A DNA stretch of 64,000 nt from Candidatus Hadarchaeota archaeon (lineage in GTDB: Archaea; CAYQAE01; CAYVLA01), in contig CAZUNO010000016.1 of the NCBI GenBank assembly GCA_964621445.1, positions 1-64,000 on the forward strand. The letters are read 5' to 3'. Positions within the stretch are counted from its first letter, which is position 1. The number at the start of each line of letters is the position of its first letter. The notes beneath the pieces are model-generated. The model was given only the letters and a program-made list of their open reading frames with translations. It searched no databases and had not been told where the DNA came from. The position numbers and the translations under genes are program-made. This document shows positions 18,384-28,206 of the stretch, piece by piece.

Positions 18384-20108
18384 ATGAAGAAGCGGCCCAA
18401 GACCGGAAGCTTAGAGCTGACCGTAGATCAAGATAGGATATTTACTGAGCTTAGTGAGAGGCTTTACACTACCTATCTTGAGGCATTTAGGGAATTGATA
18501 ATCCAAAATCCCTTCGATGCCGATGCTAACAAGATAGAGGTCAACGTTCAACCTGACTGCATCGAGGTCGAGGATGACGGGACCGGGATGGACATCGAGC
18601 TGATAGAGGAGTTCCTGATAATAGGTTCCGATTCAAAGATGGAGTCCAGACATACGAAAAGCGGTCGGCCCTTCATCGGGGGCAAGGGCATTGGCAGGCT
18701 TTCATGGGCCCAGCTGGGGGACAAGGCAGTGATCTACACCCAATGCGGGGATGAAGCCCACTTCATAGAGATGTCGAGGGGAACCAGGTCTGTAAGCGTC
18801 CACGAGGTATCGCCTCTCTGGGATCACAGCGGCACCAAGTGGACCATAAGCGAGCTCCACAAGAGGATAAAGCCCAACGAGGTATACAATTACCTCTGTG
18901 AAACGGGCGGTCTACTGACCATATTTTTTGAGGATTTCGACGTCGAGGTTAATGGCAAGTCCCTCCAGGACCAACTGCCGGAGGGGAAGAGCTTCGACAT
19001 AGAGCTGTCCACCAAGGACGGGAAGGAGATCAAGGGGGTCGCCGTCCTCACCGGAAAGGTGGAGAGGATGAGCGTCTGCGTTAATTACGTGAAGGTCGTG
19101 GACAGGGTTTTCGGGGGTCTAGGCGGTTTCGTAAACGCCAACTTTCTGCGGGAGACGAGCGACAGGAACAGCATAGTTGAAAATGATGACTACAAGTGGT
19201 TCGTGAGACGGCTGAGGAGATATCTCAGGGATAAGATGGTGAGGTGGAGCCGGGACGAACAGCTGGTAAGGTCCTACCTGGAGACCTTCAAGCACCTGGC
19301 TCGATCTCTGAGATCAACTTCCATAGCCAAGAAGATGCCGGTGGAGGTCATCGGGGTGGGCGAGAAGAAAATTGGAGATCTCAAGGGTGAGATAGTGTTC
19401 ACCAGTTCCCACGACGACAGGGCCGAGATGGCGGTCCTGAATGGATACACTGTTGTTCTGGCCACCGACGAGTACATACCCAGGCTGGTCAAGCAGGTCC
19501 ATTCCGAGGCCAAATCGATCGAGGATGTCGACGTTGGAGGAAGGGCGGAGTCCTCGGCCTCCTCGGAAAGAACCAGAAGGCTCCTCAGCTCCGCTGGGAT
19601 GCTGGTGAGGCAGGCTTTCGATGTAATCGAACCAGAAAGGGTCTATGAACAGACCGGCGTGTCGATAAACGTGCCCAGTGTAGATATCAACTCGGTTAGG
19701 GCCAGAAAGGCGAGGGAGCCAAAGGAGACCGACGATAACGATGGCAAGGAGTTAGCCGATGGTAACAAGAGCGCCGGGGCCAGAAACCGGACCAGGCTGG
19801 CTACCAACACCATAACCGCCCGGGGAATCAAGATCTCCTTCGTCGAGTATAGTAATAAGGCAGAGCCCTCCTTCTCTGCCCCCTCGGAGATATACCTCAA
19901 TACCAATAACGAGTTCGTGGACAAGGTGCTGGACGCACCGGATGAACTGATGCCTCTATTCCTGGTGGACCCGGTTGCACACGAGCTGGCCCACATAATG
20001 CTGGATACGCGGGTTCACGACGAGGACTTCGTAAAGCTGAATGACTACCTGAGATATAACCTGTTTATGGGTCACCTGTCCGAACTCAAGCCCGGCCGCA
20101 AGAATTAA
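18384..20108 (+). CDS. GHKL (Hsp90/MORC-like) ATPase with a C-terminal HExxH zincin-like motif
   Basis: ELIIQNPFDA, DDGTGM, GGKGIGRLS, GT; middle region FL..TSDRN; C-terminal HELAH....HDEDF; GGAGG SD before ATG 18384. Confidence 0.8.
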   Translation: MKKRPKTGSLELTVDQDRIFTELSERLYTTYLEAFRELIIQNPFDADANKIEVNVQPDCIEVEDDGTGMDIELIEEFLIIGSDSKMESRHTKSGRPFIGGKGIGRLSWAQLGDKAVIYTQCGDEAHFIEMSRGTRSVSVHEVSPLWDHSGTKWTISELHKRIKPNEVYNYLCETGGLLTIFFEDFDVEVNGKSLQDQLPEGKSFDIELSTKDGKEIKGVAVLTGKVERMSVCVNYVKVVDRVFGGLGGFVNANFLRETSDRNSIVENDDYKWFVRRLRRYLRDKMVRWSRDEQLVRSYLETFKHLARSLRSTSIAKKMPVEVIGVGEKKIGDLKGEIVFTSSHDDRAEMAVLNGYTVVLATDEYIPRLVKQVHSEAKSIEDVDVGGRAESSASSERTRRLLSSAGMLVRQAFDVIEPERVYEQTGVSINVPSVDINSVRARKAREPKETDDNDGKELADGNKSAGARNRTRLATNTITARGIKISFVEYSNKAEPSFSAPSEIYLNTNNEFVDKVLDAPDELMPLFLVDPVAHELAHIMLDTRVHDEDFVKLNDYLRYNLFMGHLSELKPGRKN

Positions 20109-20157
20109 CGGTGCCACCAAACCATTATATCCGCGGTGGCTTGAATTAAACAGTAAA

Positions 20158-21060
20158 TTGATAGGACTTCTAGGCACAAATCCAGAGAGCTGGCGCCTCG
20201 GGGAGATGGAGCGAGCCCTTGACGGGAGAGGCATGGATCATGTCCCTCTGTTTCCCTGGCTATTCAACACCACCATGAGCGAGGGCTCCGTTACCTGCAG
20301 ATATGATGCCCGTGAGGTGACCGGGGAGTACGCGGAGTCATGGCTTGACCTGATCTATGTCATGTCCATCGGTTTCAGGGACCTACCCGAAGCTCTGTAC
20401 AAGCTCCGCATCCTAAGACATCTCTCCAGGTCCGGTATCAGGATCGTGAACTCGGTGGATACCATTCAGGGCTGCAGAAACAAGGTCCACCAGACAATGG
20501 TCCTGGCCCATGAGGGATTCCCGGTTCCCCAAACCCTGCTTACAGAGAGCGTTCACCTGGCGGTTGATTTCATTATGAAAAACCAGCCCTGCATTCTGAA
20601 GCCGACAACCGGTCTCCAGGGCAGGGGCCTGTTGATGGTCCCCGAGGGAATGGACATTGGAGAGGTGATCGACTACGTTTCCTGGTTCCAGGCCAGATAT
20701 GGAAGGGACGTTATCTGCGTTCAGGAGTACGTTGAGCACCAGAACTACGACATCAGGGTTCTGGTGGTCGGGGGGGAGGTAGTCTCCAAGATGAAGAGGT
20801 TTAACCAGGATAGCTGGAAGACCAATATCGCCGCCGGTGCCAAGCCCATGCCCTGCACGGAGGACGTCGATGAGTTGGCGCTTTCCGCAGCCGAGGCCGT
20901 GGGCGGTGAGATAGTAGGCGTTGACGTACTCCCCTCCTCGGAGGGAAAGCGCTATCTGCTCGAGGTCAACGCGTTTCCGGGCTGGACCGGGCTGCAGGAG
21001 ATTACCGACTTCAGCATAGCCGGCTCCGTTGCCGAATACCTGGGCTCCCTGGAGGGTTAA
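20158..21060 (+). CDS. RimK/LysX/MptN-family ATP-grasp alpha-L-glutamate ligase
   Basis: NK, VPQT, LKP..G.QGRG, QEYV, DIRVLVVGG, WKTNIA.G, GVD, EVN.FPG. Confidence 0.88.
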   Translation: MIGLLGTNPESWRLGEMERALDGRGMDHVPLFPWLFNTTMSEGSVTCRYDAREVTGEYAESWLDLIYVMSIGFRDLPEALYKLRILRHLSRSGIRIVNSVDTIQGCRNKVHQTMVLAHEGFPVPQTLLTESVHLAVDFIMKNQPCILKPTTGLQGRGLLMVPEGMDIGEVIDYVSWFQARYGRDVICVQEYVEHQNYDIRVLVVGGEVVSKMKRFNQDSWKTNIAAGAKPMPCTEDVDELALSAAEAVGGEIVGVDVLPSSEGKRYLLEVNAFPGWTGLQEITDFSIAGSVAEYLGSLEG

Positions 21061-21081
21061 GTATGACCACTGTTGGGGCCA

Positions 21082-22488
21082 CTATCCTATGTCCTGCTTG
21101 TTCCTGGGCACCATTTCCAGTTTTCCCCGGTAGGACTTGACCAGCCCTATGACCTCCACCTCGGTTCCCACCGAAAGGTTGCTATGGGGTTGGAAGGTCA
21201 GGTAGATCCTCATCTTCCCCTCTTCGCCCTTCAGGGTAATCGAACAGGACCGGGAGTATCGCTTAATGGAGGAGATCCGACCCCGGGTTCGCACCAGGGT
21301 GAAAAGATCATCCTCGGAAATATCCTCCAGCTCCCTGTCCGAAATGGGGGCGTTTTCAACCTTTACCTGTGAAATATTTCGCGGCACCACCTGCAGTTTA
21401 TCCTTGTACTCTCCAACCCTTCCCGAAATGGTCACTACATCGCCGAGCTGGACGTCGAGCTGGTTCCCTGAACCAAAGATCGGAACGTCCAATTGGGTAC
21501 CGTTGTAAATGGTCAGGAACATATTCTTGCCGGATACGAACCGGCTGACCACCGTTCCCCTTATCCTCACGTTCTGGCCCACCATCTCTTCGTTGAGCTT
21601 TTCGAAGGGCATGGTGTTGGCCCGATCGAGACTTACATCCAATGCATTCATTTCATCACCTTTCCTAGTTAGAAGTACCTCAACCAGATCCCCCTGAACC
21701 ATTCCCTCGTTGACCAGCCCCTCCGGAAGTTCCAGATAGCCAGTTCGGTCATCGAGCTTTGGTTCAGAGGAGTCGAGTATCAGCCTTCCCCGACAGAGGT
21801 AAACTCCGTCCTCCTTGCGGATAGCGGATATCTTAACTGGATCAAGCCTGGGGGATGTTGCCAGTATCTGGCTTACACGGAGGTAGATTCCCTGGTCGTC
21901 TCTCTTTATGGTACCCGCCAGGGTAAGCTCCCTACCAGCCTCTTCGACGTAGTCCTTGGAACCATGAACTCTTAGGGTAGAATTTTCATCCACAAGATGG
22001 AAGGTCTGCCCTCTGACCTGGAATGAGATTCCCTGAGTCTTCACGGTTTGGCCAATTCTACACTTGGCCTCGGCTATTGACAAGGGCGGGGTGGGGACCA
22101 ATACAACGTCCCTCTCAGTCCTGGGCACCACCTGGTCGCTATCACGGTACTCCTCCACGGTTCCAATGACCTTTACCCTGTCCCCCACGGATAGGGCCGG
22201 GGTCTTTTCCGCTATATTGCTGAAAAGGGGGACCTCGCATTTGCCGGACTCGTCCTTAAGCTGCAGGAAAAGATGTCCGGCCTCGTGCCTTCTGATGTGG
22301 GAAATGGTTCCCACTATCTGCACGATTCTGCCCTGGTACCTTTCAAGTAGATTAACGCTGATCGGTTTAGGTTCGACCAGTAGGGAAAGACCATAGATGA
22401 TGGCAATTCCGGCCAGGCTGCTGATTAGGCTGATCCTGATCAGATTCCGATTATCCACGACCCATAGTTGGGCGAAAACTTGATTCAA
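21082..22488 (-). CDS. N-terminally membrane-anchored protein with multiple tandem OB folds
   Basis: TM helix, then repeated V.I.G.I...H.FL.L.D.SG / GD.V.V.G.V.EY.D..QVVPR units; real start may be GTG at about 22458. Confidence 0.75.
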   Translation of the reverse strand: MNQVFAQLWVVDNRNLIRISLISSLAGIAIIYGLSLLVEPKPISVNLLERYQGRIVQIVGTISHIRRHEAGHLFLQLKDESGKCEVPLFSNIAEKTPALSVGDRVKVIGTVEEYRDSDQVVPRTERDVVLVPTPPLSIAEAKCRIGQTVKTQGISFQVRGQTFHLVDENSTLRVHGSKDYVEEAGRELTLAGTIKRDDQGIYLRVSQILATSPRLDPVKISAIRKEDGVYLCRGRLILDSSEPKLDDRTGYLELPEGLVNEGMVQGDLVEVLLTRKGDEMNALDVSLDRANTMPFEKLNEEMVGQNVRIRGTVVSRFVSGKNMFLTIYNGTQLDVPIFGSGNQLDVQLGDVVTISGRVGEYKDKLQVVPRNISQVKVENAPISDRELEDISEDDLFTLVRTRGRISSIKRYSRSCSITLKGEEGKMRIYLTFQPHSNLSVGTEVEVIGLVKSYRGKLEMVPRNKQDIG

Positions 22489-22550
22489 TACGACGGCTGC
22501 AGGGTCGAAAACACTCTAAAAGGAAGTTCCCACCGGGGAAATCCCTGTTC

Positions 22551-24356
22551 CTATAGGTACCCTGACATATGGCCCAGCCCGTATTGATCCAGGGTTTCCC
22601 CTGTAACCTGTCCCCTGTCGTTGAGTCCCAGTTTACCATACACCAGTTCCTTGGTGTCGGCTAGTAGTTCCCTGGTGGTCGTCCTTCTGAAAGCCCTTTC
22701 GGGAAGGATATCGTCCCGGGAGTCAAATCCGTTCTTGTTATCAATCATCCTGGAAAGGATATAGGTCTGGTAGGAACTCTTTTCGATCTCGTCCTCGTCG
22801 GTCTTGGTGTTGATCAGATTCCTCATCAGTTTAGGAAGTTCAGGTATCAGTACCTTGCGGGTGAAGTAGCAGGCTCCATTCATCTGGCAAATCATGCTGG
22901 TTGGTATGGCTTCCACTATCTGCTGGGACCACCACTCGGAGCTGGCGACATCGTCCGGATTCTTCAGGCCTACGGTGTAGGTGCCAAGGGACGTGTGGCA
23001 GGCCCCTCTCATAGCGAAGGCATATCCAAGGTTGCTCCAGAAGGGGTAACCTGCCCCCTCCAGGCCCTTGACCTGCATGGCTATGTCCTGGTCGCCCAGT
23101 TCCTCGCTTGCCTTCTTCACACCCTCGGAAAGCAGTTGGCCCTCGTCCTCTCTATTGGCTATCTTTTCAACTAGCTCAATAAGGGCCTTCTTGTCACCAA
23201 AGGTGGGGCCCTTGCCCTTCCTTTCGTTGTGTTCGAAGTACCAACCTATTACCCCGCCCGTAGACATGGCGTCTATGCCCTGGACATCGCAAATCTGTAT
23301 GGCCCTGGAGATGGCGTATGGGTCATATATTCCGCAGTTGGGTCCCAGGAGGTCAACGTTCTCGTAATCCATCTTCCACAGGGTTTTCCCTTCCGGGTCC
23401 TTGGGGATCTTCCAGCACATTATGGGGCATGCGCACCCCTTCCTGGATATCGACCAGTCGTTCTTCCTGAGGTACTCGGGGTCCAGCTTGTATGCATCTT
23501 CGGGGTCCAGGTTCCGGAAGTTCTCGGCCGGTAGGGCCCCCAGGGGTACCAGGAATGCCCAGTTGCCTCCCCAGGTCCCGTGTTGCTTATATTTCTGGGT
23601 TCCTGTTCCCGAGGCTAGTTCGCGGTTGATGGTCTTTATCCACTGGTCGAATTCCTCGTCCGGTGACAGGGGTTCTGGAGTGTGATGCTTGCCTCCCTTG
23701 AATCCGATGGCTTTCACGTTCATTCCGGCAAGCACCCTGCCTGGCCCACCTCTGGCGGCCGCTCGCACGTGGTCATTGGGCATGTAGCTGACGTGAACGC
23801 TGGCGAACCTCACCCCACGGAAGGCGGCGGGGCCAGCCGTGATGCTCCCCTTATATCCGTCCTGGTAAAGGAGGTCCACGGTCTCCATGGTGGTTACCTC
23901 CGGGTCGAGACTCCTTAGGGATACCTTCCTCTCCTTCTCGGATGAGTCTATCATTACTCCCACCGGGTCATGGGCCTTTCCCTCCAGTATCACCCCATCG
24001 ATTCCACATGACTTGATGTGGGGCCCGCAGAGTCCACCCCCGGCCGCGTAGGCGATTCCGTATTTCCCGTTCTTCTCTTTCATGGGTGAATAGAAAGATA
24101 CGTAGGTCCTGGTGCACCCGCTGGGAACCCCGTTCTTGGGAAGTCCGGTCAGGAAACCGGTGTTGACGATAAATTTCTTGTAGGGATCGGTGCAGGGACT
24201 GTCCGAGAGGAATTCCTGGAAGGAGAAACCGATGCCTCCTATCCTTCTCCTCAGGCTTACCCCCCCGTATTTTTCACGGTCCTCCTCCATCCAGTCGAGG
24301 AATTCATATGTCTCCTTATCCAGGTCATATTTCAGTACCTGACCACTTACAGTCAA
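22551..24356 (-). CDS. aor: Aldehyde:ferredoxin oxidoreductase family (W-pterin) enzyme
   Basis: SPM, GxDG..LEGKA, AAARGG.G, KAI, DYE, CDVQGIDAMS, QVKGLE, RGACH. Confidence 0.85.
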   Translation of the reverse strand: MTVSGQVLKYDLDKETYEFLDWMEEDREKYGGVSLRRRIGGIGFSFQEFLSDSPCTDPYKKFIVNTGFLTGLPKNGVPSGCTRTYVSFYSPMKEKNGKYGIAYAAGGGLCGPHIKSCGIDGVILEGKAHDPVGVMIDSSEKERKVSLRSLDPEVTTMETVDLLYQDGYKGSITAGPAAFRGVRFASVHVSYMPNDHVRAAARGGPGRVLAGMNVKAIGFKGGKHHTPEPLSPDEEFDQWIKTINRELASGTGTQKYKQHGTWGGNWAFLVPLGALPAENFRNLDPEDAYKLDPEYLRKNDWSISRKGCACPIMCWKIPKDPEGKTLWKMDYENVDLLGPNCGIYDPYAISRAIQICDVQGIDAMSTGGVIGWYFEHNERKGKGPTFGDKKALIELVEKIANREDEGQLLSEGVKKASEELGDQDIAMQVKGLEGAGYPFWSNLGYAFAMRGACHTSLGTYTVGLKNPDDVASSEWWSQQIVEAIPTSMICQMNGACYFTRKVLIPELPKLMRNLINTKTDEDEIEKSSYQTYILSRMIDNKNGFDSRDDILPERAFRRTTTRELLADTKELVYGKLGLNDRGQVTGETLDQYGLGHMSGYL

Positions 24357-24361
24357 TTTTT

Positions 24362-24625
24362 TCAGCCTCCTCCTATCGGTGAAAGTAATTTAACGATGTC
24401 GTTATTGCCGATTTCCGCTTCCTTTTTCTGGGGTTTTGTCCATACTCCGTCGTTTACAACTACGGTTAGGGATTCTATGGCGTCCTTTTCATACAAGTAT
24501 TTTGCCATCTTGGGTCCGTAACGTCTTGCGAGTTCATCCAACATATCCGGTATATTCGAGGCATCCGTGACATATTCCTTTTTTCCCGCTATCGACCTGA
24601 GTATGCCGTAGAGCTCAACGATCAA
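24362..24625 (-). CDS. MoaD/ThiS/SAMP ubiquitin-like sulfur carrier
   Basis: Beta-grasp size, C-terminal PIGGG, directly upstream of aor. Confidence 0.87.
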   Translation of the reverse strand: MIVELYGILRSIAGKKEYVTDASNIPDMLDELARRYGPKMAKYLYEKDAIESLTVVVNDGVWTKPQKKEAEIGNNDIVKLLSPIGGG

Positions 24626-24724
24626 ACCAATCGTGACCGCGATTCCCGGGTATAATGAAAATGTAACATATATCTCCCCTATTTTCCGGGGAGTGGAACG
24701 TCAAGATGGGTTCTCTCCCGGTAT

Positions 24725-25228
24725 TTATAGACCCTTTGGTCCATGGGATGGGTACTTTCGACCGGGCAGATACCGGATTATCAGGACCATGGCCGCCACG
24801 ATGGAGATGAAGATCAGGGGCAGTATGCTGTCAGACCATATTACTCCCCAGGAAAACTGCTGGAAACTCAGGGGGAAGAGCAGGACCTGACCCCCTCCGT
24901 AGGGATGGAGGAGCGAATCCCAAACCAGGTGGATTACTACCCCAGCCGAGAGAAAACCAAATACGGTGTTCCTCTTGTTCTTTGGGAAGAAACGGGAAGC
25001 TAGGAGGGCAACGAGTAAGGCGCCAACCGGGGTGGCCAGGGGTAGTGAAAACGCGACCAGATCCACACCGGCATAGGTTTTCAGAAGATAAAAGGGCTTT
25101 ACAAGGTCCGGAAGCACGCTCCCCACGGCGGCCGCCCCCAGGTGGGTCTCCGCATCCCTTCTACCCAGAAGGAAGGTAATCTCGCAGAAAACCACTGACG
25201 ATAGCACATAGGTCAGCCAATCAGGCAT
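24725..25228 (-). CDS. Membrane-bound metal-dependent hydrolase (DUF457/YdjM-like)
   Basis: MPDWLTY, GSVLPD, HLVWD, LLFPLS; start reassigned to ATG 25228, which overlaps the upstream stop. Confidence 0.72.
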   Translation of the reverse strand: MPDWLTYVLSSVVFCEITFLLGRRDAETHLGAAAVGSVLPDLVKPFYLLKTYAGVDLVAFSLPLATPVGALLVALLASRFFPKNKRNTVFGFLSAGVVIHLVWDSLLHPYGGGQVLLFPLSFQQFSWGVIWSDSILPLIFISIVAAMVLIIRYLPGRKYPSHGPKGL

Positions 25229-25685
25229 TCCTACGCCTCCATTCCATGCTGCTAAGGTCGGGTTTCCATTCCCTGAGGAAAAGGACCAGGATGGCCCCCA
25301 GGCCAACGAAGGACAGTGCATAAAGCCTCCTAGTGTCCCGGTATACATGGATCTTGTTTACATCCAGGTAGGCCCGTTCCGAATACAGTGTCCCGTACAC
25401 GATCACGTACTGGCCTTCCATGAGCTCCTTACCCCCGCCATAGACCGCGGTGATTTCATCCCCCATGGTAAGCAGGGTGAATGTGCCGTTTTTGGGGTTT
25501 AGATCCCTTATGGTCCCCTCGGACCGGAAGCTGACGTTCTCGTAGCGCACGGGGTCCTTCTTGATTTCATCGACCGATGAGTGGCGTTTCCCGTATTCGT
25601 AATGTGAGTAGAGGCAGAGCGAGAGGATGATGAGGATAAGAACCGCCTTCAACGGTATGCGGGCCATATCTAGCATGGAATTCAC
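25221..25685 (-). CDS. Membrane protein with a single OB-fold-like domain between two TM helices
   Basis: TM, EI..DP..YEN, G.YVIVYG.L, second TM; coupled to the downstream hydrolase. Confidence 0.65.
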   Translation of the reverse strand: MNSMLDMARIPLKAVLILIILSLCLYSHYEYGKRHSSVDEIKKDPVRYENVSFRSEGTIRDLNPKNGTFTLLTMGDEITAVYGGGKELMEGQYVIVYGTLYSERAYLDVNKIHVYRDTRRLYALSFVGLGAILVLFLREWKPDLSSMEWRRRNA

Positions 25686-25722
25686 ATCTCACTGAGCCGT
25701 TTAATCAAGTATTACCAGCTTA

Positions 25723-26742
25723 TTAGCATATCCTGGGCGCTGGATCCGCTACCGGGGGCTCCATTAGCCTTCGGCCACCGATGGTGGTCTCCACCACCAC
25801 CTCGCCTGGGTGTTCCCGGGTCACGGTACCGATAGTACGGGCCTCTGCACCGTGCTCGGTCGATTTCACTGAGGCCAGGACCTCCTCCGCAATGTCCTGT
25901 CTAACCCCCATTACCACCTTTCCCTCGTTGGTGATGGAATATGGATCCACTCCCAGCATATCGGCGGCTTTCCGAATATCGTCCTTGACCGGTATACTGT
26001 CCTCCTCTATCTCCATTCCCACCCCGGACTTGGTTGCCATCTCATTGAGAGCATTTGCCAGTCCACCCCGGGTGGGGTCCTTCATGGCGTGAATCCCTCC
26101 AACTCCCATCCCTGCTTCCACCACATCCCACACCGGTCCCACGTCCGACCCCGTTGAGAGCTGGAAATCGAATCCCTCCCTTACAGATAGTATGGATATC
26201 CCGTGGTCTCCCACCGAACCGGAGACCAGTACAGCGTCCCCCGGTTTCAGGCCGCTATCCCGGACCACTGACCCCTTGTCCGTGATCCCGATCCCCGCGG
26301 TGGCAATGATTAGCCCGTCGATATCGCCCCTCTCGATCACCTTGGTGTCCCCGGTAATGAGATCCGCCCCCACCTCCTCCAGAACCGCGTTCATGGAGGA
26401 TATTATCCGGTTAAGATCTCCTCTCGAGAAGCCCTCCTCCATGACCAGGGCACAGGACAATGCAAGGGGTTTTGCCCCCATTACCGAAATGTCGTTGATG
26501 GTTCCCGAAGCGGCCAGGCTGCCTATATTGCCTCCCGGGAAAAAGATGGGTTTAACGGTATGCGAATCGGTGGTGAGCACTATCTCCAGGTTTTTCCAGG
26601 TCACAGAGCCGGAGTCATCGAGGTCCTTCAGGGTGACCCCATCCCTTCCGCATCGGGTAATGTTGCCCAGGATGCTCTGGGTTATCAGCTCCATCATGGC
26701 CGCTCCCCCGGAGCCCTCCTCGATTCCTATGGCGTCCTTCAT
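25723..26742 (-). CDS. hypE: Hydrogenase maturation protein HypE
   Basis: GSGG, DSHTV.PIFFPGG.IG, GDTKV, DPTRGG, C-terminal PRIC; ATGA overlap with hypD. Confidence 0.95.
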   Translation of the reverse strand: MKDAIGIEEGSGGAAMMELITQSILGNITRCGRDGVTLKDLDDSGSVTWKNLEIVLTTDSHTVKPIFFPGGNIGSLAASGTINDISVMGAKPLALSCALVMEEGFSRGDLNRIISSMNAVLEEVGADLITGDTKVIERGDIDGLIIATAGIGITDKGSVVRDSGLKPGDAVLVSGSVGDHGISILSVREGFDFQLSTGSDVGPVWDVVEAGMGVGGIHAMKDPTRGGLANALNEMATKSGVGMEIEEDSIPVKDDIRKAADMLGVDPYSITNEGKVVMGVRQDIAEEVLASVKSTEHGAEARTIGTVTREHPGEVVVETTIGGRRLMEPPVADPAPRIC

Positions 26743-27842
26743 TTGGTGACTCGTGCCTCCTTCCTTTTCCGTCCATAGTCCAGCCATATCTTACATGTTC
26801 CCTCGCTGGATACCATGCAGGGGCCCACGGGATTGTTGGGGACGCATCTGGTTCCGAAAAGGGGACAGTCCACGGGGTCGGCGGAGCCAAGCAGGACATC
26901 TGCGCAAAGGCAACCTGGAGGCATTTCATTGCCCTTGCCTGGCTGGATTCCAAACCTCTCGTGGACATCCAGTTCTCGGTATTCATCCCTCAACCTAAGG
27001 CCGGATGAGGGAAGGTTCCCGATACCCCTCCACTCGCTGTCGCAGGGCTCGAAGACCTGATCCATGACACGCTGGGCCCTGGGGTTTCCCTTGTCGCGAA
27101 CACATCTGGAGTACTCGTTGAATACCCGAGGGCTTCCCTCGTTTACCTGTTTCACCAGATCTATGAGGGCCAGCAGGATATCCAGGGGCTCGAAACCCGC
27201 GATTGCCGCGGGTATGCCATATTCCTGGGAAAGAACCCGGTAGGGTTCGGTTCCTATTATCGTGGATACGTGGCCGGGGCAGATCAATCCGTCGATTACT
27301 ATCTCTCCACTATCGATGAGTGACTTGAGTGCGGGTGGTATTAGCCGGTGGGATATCATGAAGGAGAAGTTATCAGGTACCCCTGAAGCGATGGTTGCCG
27401 CGGTGAGGGGAGCCGTGGTCTCGAAACCTATGGAGAAAAAGGCAGCGGGCTTGGAGCTCCCGCGGGCCATGTTGATGGCGTCGGTGATGCTGTAGACCAC
27501 CTTAACATCGCCCCCCTCCGACCTCGCGTCCCTGAGGGACATCTCACTGCCGGGGACGGCGAACATGTCCCCAAAGGTGTACACCCTGGCGTAGTCCTGG
27601 GAAATGGTTATCATGGTGTCTATCTCAGAGGTGCTGGTGACGCACACCGGACAGCCCGGCCCTGCAACTATGGAGATGCTGTCGGGTAGTAGCGAACGAA
27701 TGCCGTAACGGGTGACCGTATTCTCGTGGGTTCCGCATACGTGAAGGAACCTGAGGCTACGGTCGGGGGTGATATCGGCGAGGATGCCGGTCGCCTTTTG
27801 CACCGCTTGCTTGCTCCGGAAGGATGAGAGGTCCATTCTCAT
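26739..27842 (-). CDS. hypD: Hydrogenase maturation protein HypD
   Basis: HVCGTHE, GPGCPVC, GFETTAP, PGHVS, GPCMVSSEGTC. Confidence 0.96.
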   Translation of the reverse strand: MRMDLSSFRSKQAVQKATGILADITPDRSLRFLHVCGTHENTVTRYGIRSLLPDSISIVAGPGCPVCVTSTSEIDTMITISQDYARVYTFGDMFAVPGSEMSLRDARSEGGDVKVVYSITDAINMARGSSKPAAFFSIGFETTAPLTAATIASGVPDNFSFMISHRLIPPALKSLIDSGEIVIDGLICPGHVSTIIGTEPYRVLSQEYGIPAAIAGFEPLDILLALIDLVKQVNEGSPRVFNEYSRCVRDKGNPRAQRVMDQVFEPCDSEWRGIGNLPSSGLRLRDEYRELDVHERFGIQPGKGNEMPPGCLCADVLLGSADPVDCPLFGTRCVPNNPVGPCMVSSEGTCKIWLDYGRKRKEARVTK

Positions 27843-27845
27843 ACC

Positions 27846-28067
27846 TCAATCCCTGACCGCCTGTAGCTGGCGGAGAAGTTCCAGGGTCTGGTTGGCGTCC
27901 TCCTCATCCATCTTCTCTATGGCGAATCCAGCATGCACAATGACGAAGTCCCCCACGGTGCAATTCTCTATTAGGGAGATATCCACCTTGCGCTTGGCCC
28001 CTTCAAAGTCAACTACCCCCCTTCTCCCCTCTATCCTCTCTACTCTGCCCGGTACGGCTAGACACAA
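27846..28067 (-). CDS. hypC: Hydrogenase assembly chaperone HypC
   Basis: MCLAVPG, VIVHAGFAI. Confidence 0.95.
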   Translation of the reverse strand: MCLAVPGRVERIEGRRGVVDFEGAKRKVDISLIENCTVGDFVIVHAGFAIEKMDEEDANQTLELLRQLQAVRD

Positions 28068-28206
28068 GCTGTTCGACCTTCTGGTGGTGGAGAGGTAGGG
28101 ACATAAAAAATACTTTCTTCTAACCCTTCATGGGTCAATCTGGTGAACTGGCAGGGACCGTCCTCGCAGGATATATTTTAGATCAATTACTCAGCACCTA
28201 TTCGCG

